A stretch of 64,000 bases of DNA, taken from positions 1,312,001-1,376,000 of the forward strand of contig OZ241329.1 of assembly GCA_965199825.1 (NCBI GenBank), in the 5' to 3' direction. This DNA is from Bdellovibrionales bacterium. GTDB lineage: Bacteria; Bdellovibrionota; Bdellovibrionia; Bdellovibrionales; UBA1609. The notes under the pieces are model-generated. The model searched no databases. It saw nothing but the letters and a program-made list of their open reading frames with translations, and was not told the origin of the DNA. This document shows positions 53,798-63,781 of the stretch, piece after piece. The translations under genes were made by a program, and so were the position numbers. The stretch's first letter is position 1. Each line of letters begins with the position of its first letter.

Positions 53798-54916
53798 TTA
53801 AGCCTTTATCAAAACCAGACGGGTGATTTCAGATCGCGTTCCAATACGAAATGGTGGTCCCCAAAAACCCGTACCAGTGTTGGTATAAACCCACATCGAT
53901 CCGCATTTCTTTAGGCCCTTTGTAAAGGGTTGAAACAGTCGAATGACCAAAGTCCATGGAAAAAATTGGCCACCATGAGTATGTCCTGAAAGTTGTAAGT
54001 CAAAAATTTCACACACACTGGGCGCAATATCGGGTTGATGCGCCAATAAAACTTTTCGTAAATTGAGAGGTGCATTTAACATCGCCTTTTGCAGATCGGG
54101 CGCATTTAGAGCATCAAAATTTTTTGCCGCAGGATCTGTCACTCCAACAAATAAAATTTTGTTTACACCCTTAGTAACCACAAAATGAGCGTTGAGTAAA
54201 ATTGTGGCGCCTAATTTTTTAAACTCGTTGGTCCACTGGTGTGAATCTTTATAGTACTCGTGATTACCGGTAATATAGAGCGTCGGGCAATGGCTTGAAA
54301 GTTTCGACAGCGACTCGACACGATCTTTAAAACGATCAAATTTTCCATCAGCGATATCTCCGGTTAACACAATAATATCGGTTTTGAGGCTCATCACCTT
54401 TTCGACCACTCGATCGACAAATTGTTTTCCTATACCAGGCCCCGCATGCAGATCACTCACCTGAACAATGGTATAGTTCTCTAAATCGGGCTCAAGGCCA
54501 ACGATTGGAACTTGGACCTCAACCAGTGCAGGACCGCGATTCACATTCCAAAATCCGTAGATCAAAAGCAACGTTGATAAAGAGGCCATCATTAGGGTGA
54601 CAGTGCCCGAAAATGCAAACCCGTATTCATTGGGATAAACCAAGTTGAGAGGAACAAAAATCAAATCACGCACAAGAATTTGGGGCAGCATCAAACTAAA
54701 AAGGCCCATGTTGATAAACACCGCGCTGTGGATCCACTTTTCGATTGAGGGACTGAGGGCGTGGTCACGATTCCAGCGAAATAAAAACATCAAAAACAAA
54801 CTCACGGTTGCGATTCCCCATGAGTAATTTCCAATGCCAGTCAGCCGAAATCCAAAGAAAACAAAAAAGCTTGTAAGGATCGTTAGTAGAATGACGACGA
54901 CACGATTCACGCTCAA
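53798..54916 (-). CDS. Membrane-anchored calcineurin-like metallophosphoesterase (YkuE/YaeI-like)
   Basis: [28 protein letters not shown]-terminal TM helices. Confidence 0.93.
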   Translation of the reverse strand: MSVNRVVVILLTILTSFFVFFGFRLTGIGNYSWGIATVSLFLMFLFRWNRDHALSPSIEKWIHSAVFINMGLFSLMLPQILVRDLIFVPLNLVYPNEYGFAFSGTVTLMMASLSTLLLIYGFWNVNRGPALVEVQVPIVGLEPDLENYTIVQVSDLHAGPGIGKQFVDRVVEKVMSLKTDIIVLTGDIADGKFDRFKDRVESLSKLSSHCPTLYITGNHEYYKDSHQWTNEFKKLGATILLNAHFVVTKGVNKILFVGVTDPAAKNFDALNAPDLQKAMLNAPLNLRKVLLAHQPDIAPSVCEIFDLQLSGHTHGGQFFPWTLVIRLFQPFTKGLKKCGSMWVYTNTGTGFWGPPFRIGTRSEITRLVLIKA

Positions 54917-54992
54917 CCTCGATGTAGATTCTATGATAGGTTCGCATTCCCACGAGTCAAACTTTTAAGCGTGCCTAGCCCGCCTTGATGAG

Positions 54993-55008
54993 TGGCATCC
55001 AATGTGCT
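54993..55008 (+). promoter_or_regulatory. Possible sigma54 -24/-12 promoter
   Basis: TGGCATCCAATGTGCT = GG-N10-GC, 33 nt upstream of 55042. Confidence 0.4.
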
Positions 55009-55041
55009 TTGCAAAACTTAAAAAAAACTTAAAAGGCTTAT

Positions 55042-55620
55042 GTGAAATCATTTTTGATAGGATTTATAGTTGTTGGTGCACTTACAGGACTCTACACTCA
55101 CGCCGATACGGGCCCAATGTGCGGGTTGTTATTAAAGATTCCCAAAAAGTTTCGACCCGCATTTAAAAATTACACCGACTCGCGTTTTTTACAAATGCCT
55201 GAAAAAATGATGATCGGTTTTGAATTCAATCCCGATGGCACAGTCACTCATAAAGTGGTGGTCGACACGGTTGGCGACGCCTTGAAAATTTCTGCCGACA
55301 TTATCTTTGATTCCGAGAACAAAAGTATAATGATCCAAAAAATTTCAATTCCCGACCGGATGAGCTCAGTCTTTGGAATCAAACTTTTGTTTGCCCTTTA
55401 TCTTGAGCGTTACCCAAAAATTAAAAATATTCAGATGGTGATGTCATCCATTTCTCTCTCAATTTTGAAAGAAGAATTGGCGAAAGGCGAGTCGATGGAA
55501 AGCGCCTTCGTTCAAACGCCAATTTTTGAAGCGCTCGACTCATTGGGTTTTACAAAGATTAGGGTCCTGGATTTTCCAAATCCGGCACAGGCTGAATTTC
55601 GGGCCTCGATCAGTAAATAG
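55042..55620 (+). CDS. Hypothetical secreted protein
   Basis: GTG start, signal peptide ending THA|DT, 192 aa. Confidence 0.72.
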   Translation: MKSFLIGFIVVGALTGLYTHADTGPMCGLLLKIPKKFRPAFKNYTDSRFLQMPEKMMIGFEFNPDGTVTHKVVVDTVGDALKISADIIFDSENKSIMIQKISIPDRMSSVFGIKLLFALYLERYPKIKNIQMVMSSISLSILKEELAKGESMESAFVQTPIFEALDSLGFTKIRVLDFPNPAQAEFRASISK

Positions 55621-55693
55621 AAAAATTAGCGACCCGACGCAGTCTTTTGAGGGGCCGCCAAAGCCGGCCACACTCCTAGCAGCAAAAAATAAA

Positions 55694-56644
55694 TCATTTT
55701 GCCTTTGACGACATCTCTCCTGAACGTTTGCCAAAAGAAATTGCATAAGCGGGCGAACGAAATTTCAGCACCGGATCGTCAGAAGCTTCGATTCCTGCGG
55801 CCAAGCGGTTCGGATCAAAGTTGACCTTGACGCATTTGCCATCCTCGCTGGCCGATGTCAGGGCCAATGTCCCGAGTTCCACTTTTTTTCTTGCGTCCGG
55901 CCACATCTCGCTCGGATCGACTAAGCTGTCGCCATTTTCGGCGAGTACTGCTTCAAGCTTCCAAGTGGGTTTTGATTTTGCGCGCTCAATGATTTCGGTT
56001 TTGAGATAGTTCTTATCTTTTGTTTTGAGCTCAGCCTCAGAAAAATATTTCTCACCCGCATCGGCTAAAAAATTCCAGCGCACAAATTGGCTCTTTCCGG
56101 CCCCATTGGTAAATTTAAATGCGTGAAGGCTATGATAATTTTCGGTGGCATAACTTTGAGGAGCCGGATGACCACCCACAAATTCAAAAAACTTTGCCGA
56201 GCGAGGATATTTTTTTTTAAAAGCCCCGATGTCCTCTGGAGTCTTCAGTTGCATCAGTTCGTGAAAGCCGTTGGGTGTGGCAACCGGAAAGACCGGAGCG
56301 TTAATCATCGACATGTTCATGATTTCACCTTTAGGTCCGGTAAATTCAAGCGCCATTCCTCGTGGCATCAGGGCGCGATCGTTGGAGTCAGGATCACTTC
56401 CTGGATTTGAAAATCGACCAATTACTGGCACTGTTTTTTGGCTAAATAAAAATGATTTTGATAAATCCTTGGCTGTGGGGCTCGCGGTAAAGGTGGCTTC
56501 AAAGCAAACCCCTTTGGCATGATTACGACGATAGCCGGGGTGCTTGCCCGTTTTTTCCATCACGTCCACCACTTGCGAAGGTGTGACCGTTTCGGCCTGT
56601 ACTGTCTTTGTTAAAAAAATTGTGAGCGCAAATAATAAAATCAT
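55694..56644 (-). CDS. Exported catalase-related heme peroxidase (SrpA-like)
   Basis: RRNHAKGVC, VIGRFS, RGMALEF, INAPVFPV, SDDPVLKFRSPAYAISF; signal peptide. Confidence 0.92.
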   Translation of the reverse strand: MILLFALTIFLTKTVQAETVTPSQVVDVMEKTGKHPGYRRNHAKGVCFEATFTASPTAKDLSKSFLFSQKTVPVIGRFSNPGSDPDSNDRALMPRGMALEFTGPKGEIMNMSMINAPVFPVATPNGFHELMQLKTPEDIGAFKKKYPRSAKFFEFVGGHPAPQSYATENYHSLHAFKFTNGAGKSQFVRWNFLADAGEKYFSEAELKTKDKNYLKTEIIERAKSKPTWKLEAVLAENGDSLVDPSEMWPDARKKVELGTLALTSASEDGKCVKVNFDPNRLAAGIEASDDPVLKFRSPAYAISFGKRSGEMSSKAK

Positions 56645-56763
56645 ATCGACATCCTTGTTTTTTAAACCACAGTTTAGGGCAAGCGGAGTAAAAATCACCA
56701 ATAATTTTTAGCGACACCAAATGGAAATATGAAATTTAAAAAGAAGGCTTCAGGAGTTGATTT

Positions 56764-56801
56764 TAAAAAAACTTTAGGCGGAGCTCGACAGCTGCGCCTA
56801 A
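56764..56801 (-). terminator. Intrinsic terminator downstream of azoR
   Basis: Hairpin TTAGGCG-g-AGCT / AGCT-g-CGCCTAA followed on the minus strand by a T7 tract. Confidence 0.7.
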
Positions 56802-56812
56802 GCAAAGAAGAT

Positions 56813-57412
56813 TTAGATCTGAATCGCAGCAATCGCTTGGGCTAGTGCAGCTTCTTGTTTGTCGGCAACGCCCACACCCTCAACACGAAAAGTGGTGACG
56901 TCGGTCATACCTAAAAATCCAAATACCGTTTTCAGATAAGGCTCGGTAAAATCATAAGCCTTCATTGGACCACTCGAATAAACTCCACCTGTTGCAATGG
57001 CGAGATACACCTTTTTGTTTTTGATAAGACCCTCTGGTCCAGTGGCGGTGTAACGAAATGTTTTTCCAGCTCGTGCTAAATGATCAATCCAAGCTTTTAA
57101 AACCGATGGAATCGAAAAATTATACATCGGCACACCAATGACAACAGCATCCGCATCCATAATTTCGGCAATCAAAGCATCCGAATGCTGAATGGCTTCT
57201 TTATTTTGTGAGGTGTGTTGCTCTGGTGGAGTAAAAAATGCGGCGAGGTGACTCTCCTCCAAGTGAGGAGTTGGATGAGTACTGAGGTCGTGAGTTTTTA
57301 CCTTACAGCCCGAGTGTTTTTGTTTGAGCTTTTCAACCAGAGCATGGCTGAGCTTACGACTAAATGAAACTTTTCCGCGAGGACTTGATTCGATAACTAA
57401 AAGATTTTTCAT
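56813..57412 (-). CDS. azoR: FMN-dependent NADH-azoreductase
   Basis: SSPRG..SFS, PMYNFSIPSVLKAWID, RAGKTFRYT..GPEGL, GGVYS, FGFLG. Confidence 0.94.
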   Translation of the reverse strand: MKNLLVIESSPRGKVSFSRKLSHALVEKLKQKHSGCKVKTHDLSTHPTPHLEESHLAAFFTPPEQHTSQNKEAIQHSDALIAEIMDADAVVIGVPMYNFSIPSVLKAWIDHLARAGKTFRYTATGPEGLIKNKKVYLAIATGGVYSSGPMKAYDFTEPYLKTVFGFLGMTDVTTFRVEGVGVADKQEAALAQAIAAIQI

Positions 57413-57435
57413 ATTTGTTCCTTTGTAATAAAAAT

Positions 57436-57771
57436 TTAAAGGCCTTTAGGCATTCCGCCTTGGCTTTGGCATTGTTGACCGATCTGTGCCCACGATTGAC
57501 TCGCTGGTGCTGGAGGAAGAGCCTGCTTTGCGTTTTTTGGTTGATGGGAGCCGCCATTGTGAATGATGGGTTCTGCACAATCTGCATAAAAACCGGTTCC
57601 GACTTGCATATCGCCAACTAAAAAATTTGCGCTTTCACATGCTTTACAAATTTCAAGACATGCCGCCGCAGAGCTCGGAATCTTTGTGCAGTTGGCAGCG
57701 TGAGGTGCCTTCTTTGCAAATGCTGTTGATCCACAAATCGAAAGCAGCACCCAAATCATTTTCATGTTCAT
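57436..57771 (-). CDS. Small secreted Cys-rich protein
   Basis: Signal ending AFA|KK; 6 Cys in the mature part; start could be the 2nd or 3rd Met. Confidence 0.7.
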   Translation of the reverse strand: MNMKMIWVLLSICGSTAFAKKAPHAANCTKIPSSAAACLEICKACESANFLVGDMQVGTGFYADCAEPIIHNGGSHQPKNAKQALPPAPASQSWAQIGQQCQSQGGMPKGL

Positions 57772-57968
57772 CCCCCTTAATTTATTAAAACTCTAATCAA
57801 ACAGGTCATGCGACTCAATCCCTTTGCCGGCGGCAACTGACAAAGGTCCATACGCAACCGATTCTCTTTTTAATACGCCCAAACAAATTTAGATTTCTCC
57901 ATCTGTTATACTGATCTCAACCATGAACTGTCTGAGCGCTAAGCTCATGAAATCTTGAGAAGCCAGAC

Positions 57969-57995
57969 AAAAGTTTGGAATTTAAATACCGATAA
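57969..57995 (+). promoter_or_regulatory. Putative sigma28 (FliA) promoter
   Basis: AAAAGTTT-N11-ACCGATAA vs consensus TAAAGTTT-N11-GCCGATAA. Confidence 0.65.
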
Positions 57996-58027
57996 AGATG
58001 ATGTCACTTAGAACAAACAGGATATTT

Positions 58028-60343
58028 ATGAAGTTTCCGGAATTCAAAATTTCGAGCATCGGACTGATGCTGATCCTCTCACTGTATTTGGTGACGATGT
58101 CCAATTGGATCGAAATTTCAATTCTTCTAACAGTAAGTGCTCTGCTTGCAATCTCATATCGCCTTGCAAAAAAATCCGACTCGAATTTTGATATTCTACC
58201 GATCGCTATTGCTCAACTCGATCAACAATATCAATTTACCTCCGCGAATGCTTCATGCTCACAATTTTTTGGATATTCTGAAAGTGAGCTCAAGGGTCTG
58301 TCGATCAGCGATTTGATCTATGACAAAAACCAAAGCGCTGATCTCACCCAAAATTCAGAGCGTGAAGAACGCTTTAAGCACAAATCAGGTAAGATCATTT
58401 GGGGCTTAGTCAAAACGAGGCAGCTCCAAAACCTTGGGTCGCTGATCGTGATTGAAGATATCACCGAGCGCAAACATCGTGAGCTTTTGACCGAAACTCT
58501 ATTAGAAACCATGAACGATGCATTGATCGTTCAAGATGCTGTTGGAACAATTAAGAAATTCAATACCGCCGCTTACACAATTTGCGGCCTCAAAGAGGAT
58601 GCTTATCAGGGACGGGTGAGTTTTGATCCTATCCGCGAAGTGATCAAAGAAAATGGCGATCCTTTTCCATCTGAAGAATTTCCTGCGGTTGTTGCTCTCA
58701 AAACTGGCCAAAAAGTAAATGGCGTAATGATGGGAGTCAAACTTCCTACGGGTGAAGTGCGTTGGATTCGGATCAACTCCACTCCGCTTTTTTTAAACGA
58801 ACCAGGTATGGATCCCCAAGTTGTTACGACGTTCTCTGATATTACCGACTTGATCACAGCAAGAAATGAAAATCGTTATTTTTTGGAGGCTCTCCAAATC
58901 GGACTATGGAAGCTTGATCCGGTCAATGGAACTCTGCTTTGGGACGAAAGCATGTACCGTTTATTTAATGTGAACAAAGAAGACTTCACCGGAAATTTTC
59001 AAGCCTGGGAAAGTACTCTAACTCCAGCCGCGCGCGACAAAGCGGTGGCTGAAGTTGAGCTCGCCCTTCGTGGAGATAAAGATTTCGATACCGTGTTTGA
59101 GATCGATACCAAATCAAAGGGCAAGCGATTTATTTCAGGCCGTGGAAAAGTGATTCGCAATGACAACGGTGATCCGATCATGATGTTTGGAGTCAATGCC
59201 GACGTGACCGATCAAACACATGCCGAACTCGAGCGACAAAAAACTTCGAAATTTTTAGAATTGATCTTGCAGAATATTCCATCGATGATTTTTGTAAAGG
59301 AATTCAATAAAGATCTGACCTATTCGCTGTTAAATAAATCAGGTGAAAAATTGCTTGGATTTAAACAAGAGTATGTTCTTGGTAAAAATCATTTTGATTT
59401 TATGAGCCAAGAAAAAGCCGAAGAGCGAATGAAGAGTGATAAGGAAATCTTTCTTAAAAAAGAAAGTGTAAAGTCACTGCCGCAAGAACTCGAAACAACA
59501 GCTGGGAAAAAAATTATCGAGACGATTCAAGTCCCGGTTTTTGATAAAGAAGGCAACCCTGAATTTATCGTTGGAATCTCAAACGACATTACCGATGAGG
59601 TCAATGCGCGCATCGCACTCGAACGCGAACGTTCAAAGAGTTTGCAGACCGCTAAGCTTGCCTCACTGGGTGAAATGTCTGCGGGTGTGGCCCACGAAAT
59701 CAACAACCCGCTTGCCATCATTGCTGGTTCCATTTCTCTTTTAAATAAATTTAAAAATGATCCAATCAAGTTTGATGCTAAAGTTGATGCTGTCTTAAAA
59801 GCCAGCCGACGGATCGAAAAGATCGTCAATGGACTAAGAAAATTTTCGCGATTAACAGCAAGTTCTGTGCATGCGCAAAGGGCATTGAACGATATCGCAA
59901 ACGAAGCCGTCACGATGACAGAAAATAAAGTAAAAAAACACTCAGCCTCAATTCAAGTTCTCAATCGCTCAGCCAAAAAGGTTTTATGCGACGAGATTGA
60001 AATAGAACAAGTTTTGATCAACCTCATTAATAATTCGATCGATGCGATCCAACTGCTTAATGAAAAATGGATCAAGATCAATATCTTTGATGAAGGAAAT
60101 TTTGTGGTTCTGCAAGTCGAAGACTCGGGATCGGGAATTTCTGCAGAAGTGGAACAAAAATTATTTGAACCCTTTTTTACCACAAAGGCAGTGGGGCAGG
60201 GAACAGGTCTAGGACTTTCAATTGCAACCGGTATTTTAGAAGCACATGGTGCTACGATCCAACTCAATCGAGATTTTGAACACACCTGTTTTGAAATCCG
60301 ATTTAAAGTCTCACCACTTCAGGAGTTGGCAAATGCCTCTTAA
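58028..60343 (+). CDS. Multi-PAS sensor histidine kinase (NtrB-type H-box)
   Basis: Two TM segments, four PAS-like domains, GEMSAGVAHEINNPL, FEPFFTTK..GQGTGLGL; start placed at 58028 (RBS CAGGA, downstream of the promoter). Confidence 0.92.
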   Translation: MKFPEFKISSIGLMLILSLYLVTMSNWIEISILLTVSALLAISYRLAKKSDSNFDILPIAIAQLDQQYQFTSANASCSQFFGYSESELKGLSISDLIYDKNQSADLTQNSEREERFKHKSGKIIWGLVKTRQLQNLGSLIVIEDITERKHRELLTETLLETMNDALIVQDAVGTIKKFNTAAYTICGLKEDAYQGRVSFDPIREVIKENGDPFPSEEFPAVVALKTGQKVNGVMMGVKLPTGEVRWIRINSTPLFLNEPGMDPQVVTTFSDITDLITARNENRYFLEALQIGLWKLDPVNGTLLWDESMYRLFNVNKEDFTGNFQAWESTLTPAARDKAVAEVELALRGDKDFDTVFEIDTKSKGKRFISGRGKVIRNDNGDPIMMFGVNADVTDQTHAELERQKTSKFLELILQNIPSMIFVKEFNKDLTYSLLNKSGEKLLGFKQEYVLGKNHFDFMSQEKAEERMKSDKEIFLKKESVKSLPQELETTAGKKIIETIQVPVFDKEGNPEFIVGISNDITDEVNARIALERERSKSLQTAKLASLGEMSAGVAHEINNPLAIIAGSISLLNKFKNDPIKFDAKVDAVLKASRRIEKIVNGLRKFSRLTASSVHAQRALNDIANEAVTMTENKVKKHSASIQVLNRSAKKVLCDEIEIEQVLINLINNSIDAIQLLNEKWIKINIFDEGNFVVLQVEDSGSGISAEVEQKLFEPFFTTKAVGQGTGLGLSIATGILEAHGATIQLNRDFEHTCFEIRFKVSPLQELANAS

Positions 60344-60668
60344 AGTTTTTTATCTTGATGACGAGCCTGATCTTACCGAAATTTTTTGTGATCTTTTTTC
60401 TTCCGACCAGATACAAGTTTTTCCGTTTACCACGGTGGATGAATTTTTGGCTGAGGTTCGCATCAACCCGCCCGATGTTGTCCTCCTTGATTACAGATTG
60501 CCAAACACCACGGGTGATAAGGTGGCTCAACTGCTTGACCCTGCTATCCCAAAGGCCCTCATCACCGGCGAAATTTCGGTGAAGCCCAATCCTTCGTTTG
60601 TGACAATTTTAGCGAAGCCCTTTGATATGGATTTGATCTCAAAGTTTTTAAGAAATTATATTCGCTAA
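60333..60668 (+). CDS. Single-domain response regulator
   Basis: YLDDE, LLDYRLP, ITG, KPF; the ATG at 60333 follows AGGAG and overlaps the kinase 3' end. Confidence 0.9.
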   Translation: MPLKVFYLDDEPDLTEIFCDLFSSDQIQVFPFTTVDEFLAEVRINPPDVVLLDYRLPNTTGDKVAQLLDPAIPKALITGEISVKPNPSFVTILAKPFDMDLISKFLRNYIR

Positions 60669-60771
60669 AGATCGAGCTCACCCAATTTTAATGTAGCGCG
60701 CGCTGACTCTAGCTGCGGTTCTTCGTACCAATAACTTAAGACATTCATAAAAATCGCAAAGAGGTTCAATC

Positions 60772-61974
60772 GTGGAAACTGACTCTAGTTCTAAATCACT
60801 TGATCAACAACGCGATCTTACAGACAAGAGTTTAGTGAGCGAGCGAGGAAAGTCAGACGATTCGTTCGCAGCCCAACGTCGCAAAACCGAGAACAAAACC
60901 AATGTGAAGGTAAAAGACAATCGACTCAAAGCAGATCGCTCTCGCACTGCCAGTCGAAACGACATAGATGCCCAAACTCAAATTACTCGTCGATCCAAAG
61001 GGCATCAGGCTCCTCATGCAACCGCTCAGCAAAAAGCCGTGGACCTCGACATCGAGACGCAGCGTAAATCTGATGATTTAGCGGTTGAAAATGAACGCCA
61101 ACTTATGGATGAAGCCCTGATCAATGAACGAAAAATTTTAAAGGCTGAAATCAATAAACATCTCGAAGCCGAAAGAAAAGCCACCGACCAAAATCTCTCG
61201 CATGAGCGGACACGCACCGATGAAGATGCAAAATATGCCTTAGGGGTTTTAACACGTGAACAAACCTCTCACAGCGCAACCAAAGCTCAGCTCACAACTC
61301 GAGACGAATTTTTGGCTATCGTCAGCCACGATTTACGAAATCCTATTGGATCCATTCTTTCTTATGCCGATTTGGTTTTGTCAGAAGGTATTGATAAAAA
61401 TCCCGAACTCAAACAATGGATCGAGACAATCAAGCGGAATGCTCAAACTTCGTTACGACTGATCGGGGATATTTTAGATATGGAACGCTTTGCTGAAGGA
61501 AAGTTGCTGGTGCAATTTGCTTCGGTGGACTTTGGCAAAATTATTGACGAGACAAACGAAGCCTTTCAAAGCATGGCGGGCGAAAGAAATATCACGTTAT
61601 CGGTTGATCAACCTCGGCCCATTGGAGTGATCCATGTCGATGGCGAAAGACTCAGACAAGTTCTTATGAATTTGATTGGCAATGCGCTGAAGTACACTCC
61701 AAAAGGCGGCAAGGTCAGAGTCATTGCCGAAACTATTGATTCAGAACTCAAAGTTTCGGTTGAAGACACGGGTATCGGAATTCCACAAGAGAAGCGTCAG
61801 CAAATCTTTGAGCGTTTTGCCCAAATCCAAAACAAAGACCGGAGTGGGTTGGGGCTGGGGTTGTATATTGCAGCGATGTTTATCGAAGCTCATAATGGCA
61901 AAATTGGTGTGGAGTCCAATAAGCCTGCAGGCAGTCGATTCACTTTCACAGTTCCACTTGCCCAGGACCATTAA
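60772..61974 (+). CDS. Cytoplasmic histidine kinase with a charged coiled-coil N-terminus
   Basis: FLAIVSHDLRNPI, NLIGNALKYTP, DTGIG, GLGLGL; no TM segment. Confidence 0.92.
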   Translation: METDSSSKSLDQQRDLTDKSLVSERGKSDDSFAAQRRKTENKTNVKVKDNRLKADRSRTASRNDIDAQTQITRRSKGHQAPHATAQQKAVDLDIETQRKSDDLAVENERQLMDEALINERKILKAEINKHLEAERKATDQNLSHERTRTDEDAKYALGVLTREQTSHSATKAQLTTRDEFLAIVSHDLRNPIGSILSYADLVLSEGIDKNPELKQWIETIKRNAQTSLRLIGDILDMERFAEGKLLVQFASVDFGKIIDETNEAFQSMAGERNITLSVDQPRPIGVIHVDGERLRQVLMNLIGNALKYTPKGGKVRVIAETIDSELKVSVEDTGIGIPQEKRQQIFERFAQIQNKDRSGLGLGLYIAAMFIEAHNGKIGVESNKPAGSRFTFTVPLAQDH

Positions 61975-62100
61975 ACAATTTTTAATTATATTGAGGGGGC
62001 TAGGCCATTGCCGATTTGCAACTAGTAAAAATTGCCTAAAAAATAGTTTTCAAAGACTGATCAATCGCAGTGTTGGTAAGACCTCGGTCACTCAAAATAT

Positions 62101-63456
62101 ATGAAACTTACTAAAATCTGCTTTAAGCTCTTAGGCTTTGGTCTTTTATTCTTTTTTACCCATGTCTTTGCAAATCCGGCGGAGGTGCTCAGTTTTCTGA
62201 ATCAATATGATTCGATTCGGGTTGCTGCGGTCGCTGCACACGGCAATGGCCACCAGGCTCTCGCAATTACGATTATCAAAAAATTAAGAGCTTTGGGTTA
62301 TCGTGGTAAAATAGAATTTGTTTATGACGTTTATGATAAAAAAAAGATTGAGTATCTTTTGCCTCCCTTTGATAGCACTGGTCCTGATTCTCAATTTATT
62401 CGTGGGCTCGATGTCGAAACCCATTCTTACAGCGACAGCTTTTATATGGATGCAAATTTTAAAAAAATCCCACTCACTATTGTTTCTGCAAAAAATGGCT
62501 ATATTCATCGTGCAAGATTTTTTAATTCTGATTACGTGCTTTATTTTTGCCCGCCTCACTGGGATTCGGTTCCATTTATAATCAGCCAGAATATTAAGAA
62601 TTTGAGTATTATTAAAGATGACTACCCTCTTAAAACGGAGATGCGTCCAATCGGTGAGCTTGCAGAATTTCTGTCAGATGAAATGTCTCATAGCCAAAAA
62701 TTAGCTCATAAAATCGACGGTCTTCGATCCCTGATCGAGGCTGCTCAATCGAAACAAATTCATTTGATTTCAGCTTATGGATTGGGATTTGCTGGAGTGG
62801 ATCGTCTCGTTCATTTGGTAAAGTCGCTTTTGCGTGCTCAAGAATTAAATCAGTCCTTTCCCAAAAATGTGGTGATCGGTTTGATTTCAAATTTAAATGC
62901 GGAAGAGTGGGACGCTGTCACATTGAAGCTCAGCGGCTTAAAATGGCAGGTTTCTGACATTAAAGATGCCAAACTTTCATCAGGTGTATCGATCGTTAAA
63001 ATTGGCAATGTCACTCAAGAGGTTTGGGGTTTGCTGATGAAAGAGAGTACCTTGCCTCCGCTTGCTGCAGGTTCAAACGGCGTCGATTTTTTATTTCAAA
63101 CGGGTAAACCTTTTTTAATTACGATCATGAGCCAACTTGGCGGTGAATTTAAATTTGATTCTAAACTTACAGATATTGATAATCGAAGATTTGTAAAAGG
63201 CTTTTTAGATCATAACATTCAATTCATTTACTTAGCTCTGGAGCTTGGAGACTTGGATACAGTTGCGCACTTCTATATCGAAAGTCTTGACTCACAATCA
63301 CCCTTAAATAAAAATTTTGCTCGATTTTCGCAGATTCGTTCTCGATTGCCGGACCGCCTCTGTGCCACACTTCTAGAAGTAAAAAAGGTTTTAAAAGGTC
63401 AAGAGGATAAGCCTCTAAACGCTTTTGTTAAACGTATTAAAAGCATCGCAAAATAA
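62101..63456 (+). CDS. Hypothetical secreted protein, possibly GT-B glycosyltransferase fold
   Basis: Signal ending VFA|NP; HGNGHQA..I.IIKKL..LG and VTQ...LM..S......GSNG......GKPFL resemble GT-B motifs. Confidence 0.7.
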   Translation: MKLTKICFKLLGFGLLFFFTHVFANPAEVLSFLNQYDSIRVAAVAAHGNGHQALAITIIKKLRALGYRGKIEFVYDVYDKKKIEYLLPPFDSTGPDSQFIRGLDVETHSYSDSFYMDANFKKIPLTIVSAKNGYIHRARFFNSDYVLYFCPPHWDSVPFIISQNIKNLSIIKDDYPLKTEMRPIGELAEFLSDEMSHSQKLAHKIDGLRSLIEAAQSKQIHLISAYGLGFAGVDRLVHLVKSLLRAQELNQSFPKNVVIGLISNLNAEEWDAVTLKLSGLKWQVSDIKDAKLSSGVSIVKIGNVTQEVWGLLMKESTLPPLAAGSNGVDFLFQTGKPFLITIMSQLGGEFKFDSKLTDIDNRRFVKGFLDHNIQFIYLALELGDLDTVAHFYIESLDSQSPLNKNFARFSQIRSRLPDRLCATLLEVKKVLKGQEDKPLNAFVKRIKSIAK

Positions 63457-63781
63457 CCATTTGGGTACGGATCTTGATCTCTCTTTATTGATGACATTTT
63501 TTTCTCAGCGATTTCAATGGTGTTTTATCCTGCTGTCGATGTTTTCGACATTGGGGTTACAATCCAGCCACAACGTTTGGGTTTTTAAACTCAAACCTTG
63601 GGATCATTTCTCATCCCTATACCTGGCTTGATGGTCTTCCTGTGGGAAATTGGCTCGACTTCGATGCAACGATCGTGGTGGGCAAATAATATTTGCGAAC
63701 GAAGGTAGATAGATTGCGGTAAAAGTTCTACAGATCACAATCCAAGGTGCATCAAACTGCAACAAATGATATCGCACCACT

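Noticed and set aside
63457..63781. Possible degraded gene between the last two CDSs
   Set aside because: Short ORFs in several frames with no recognisable motif; cannot be supported without a homology search
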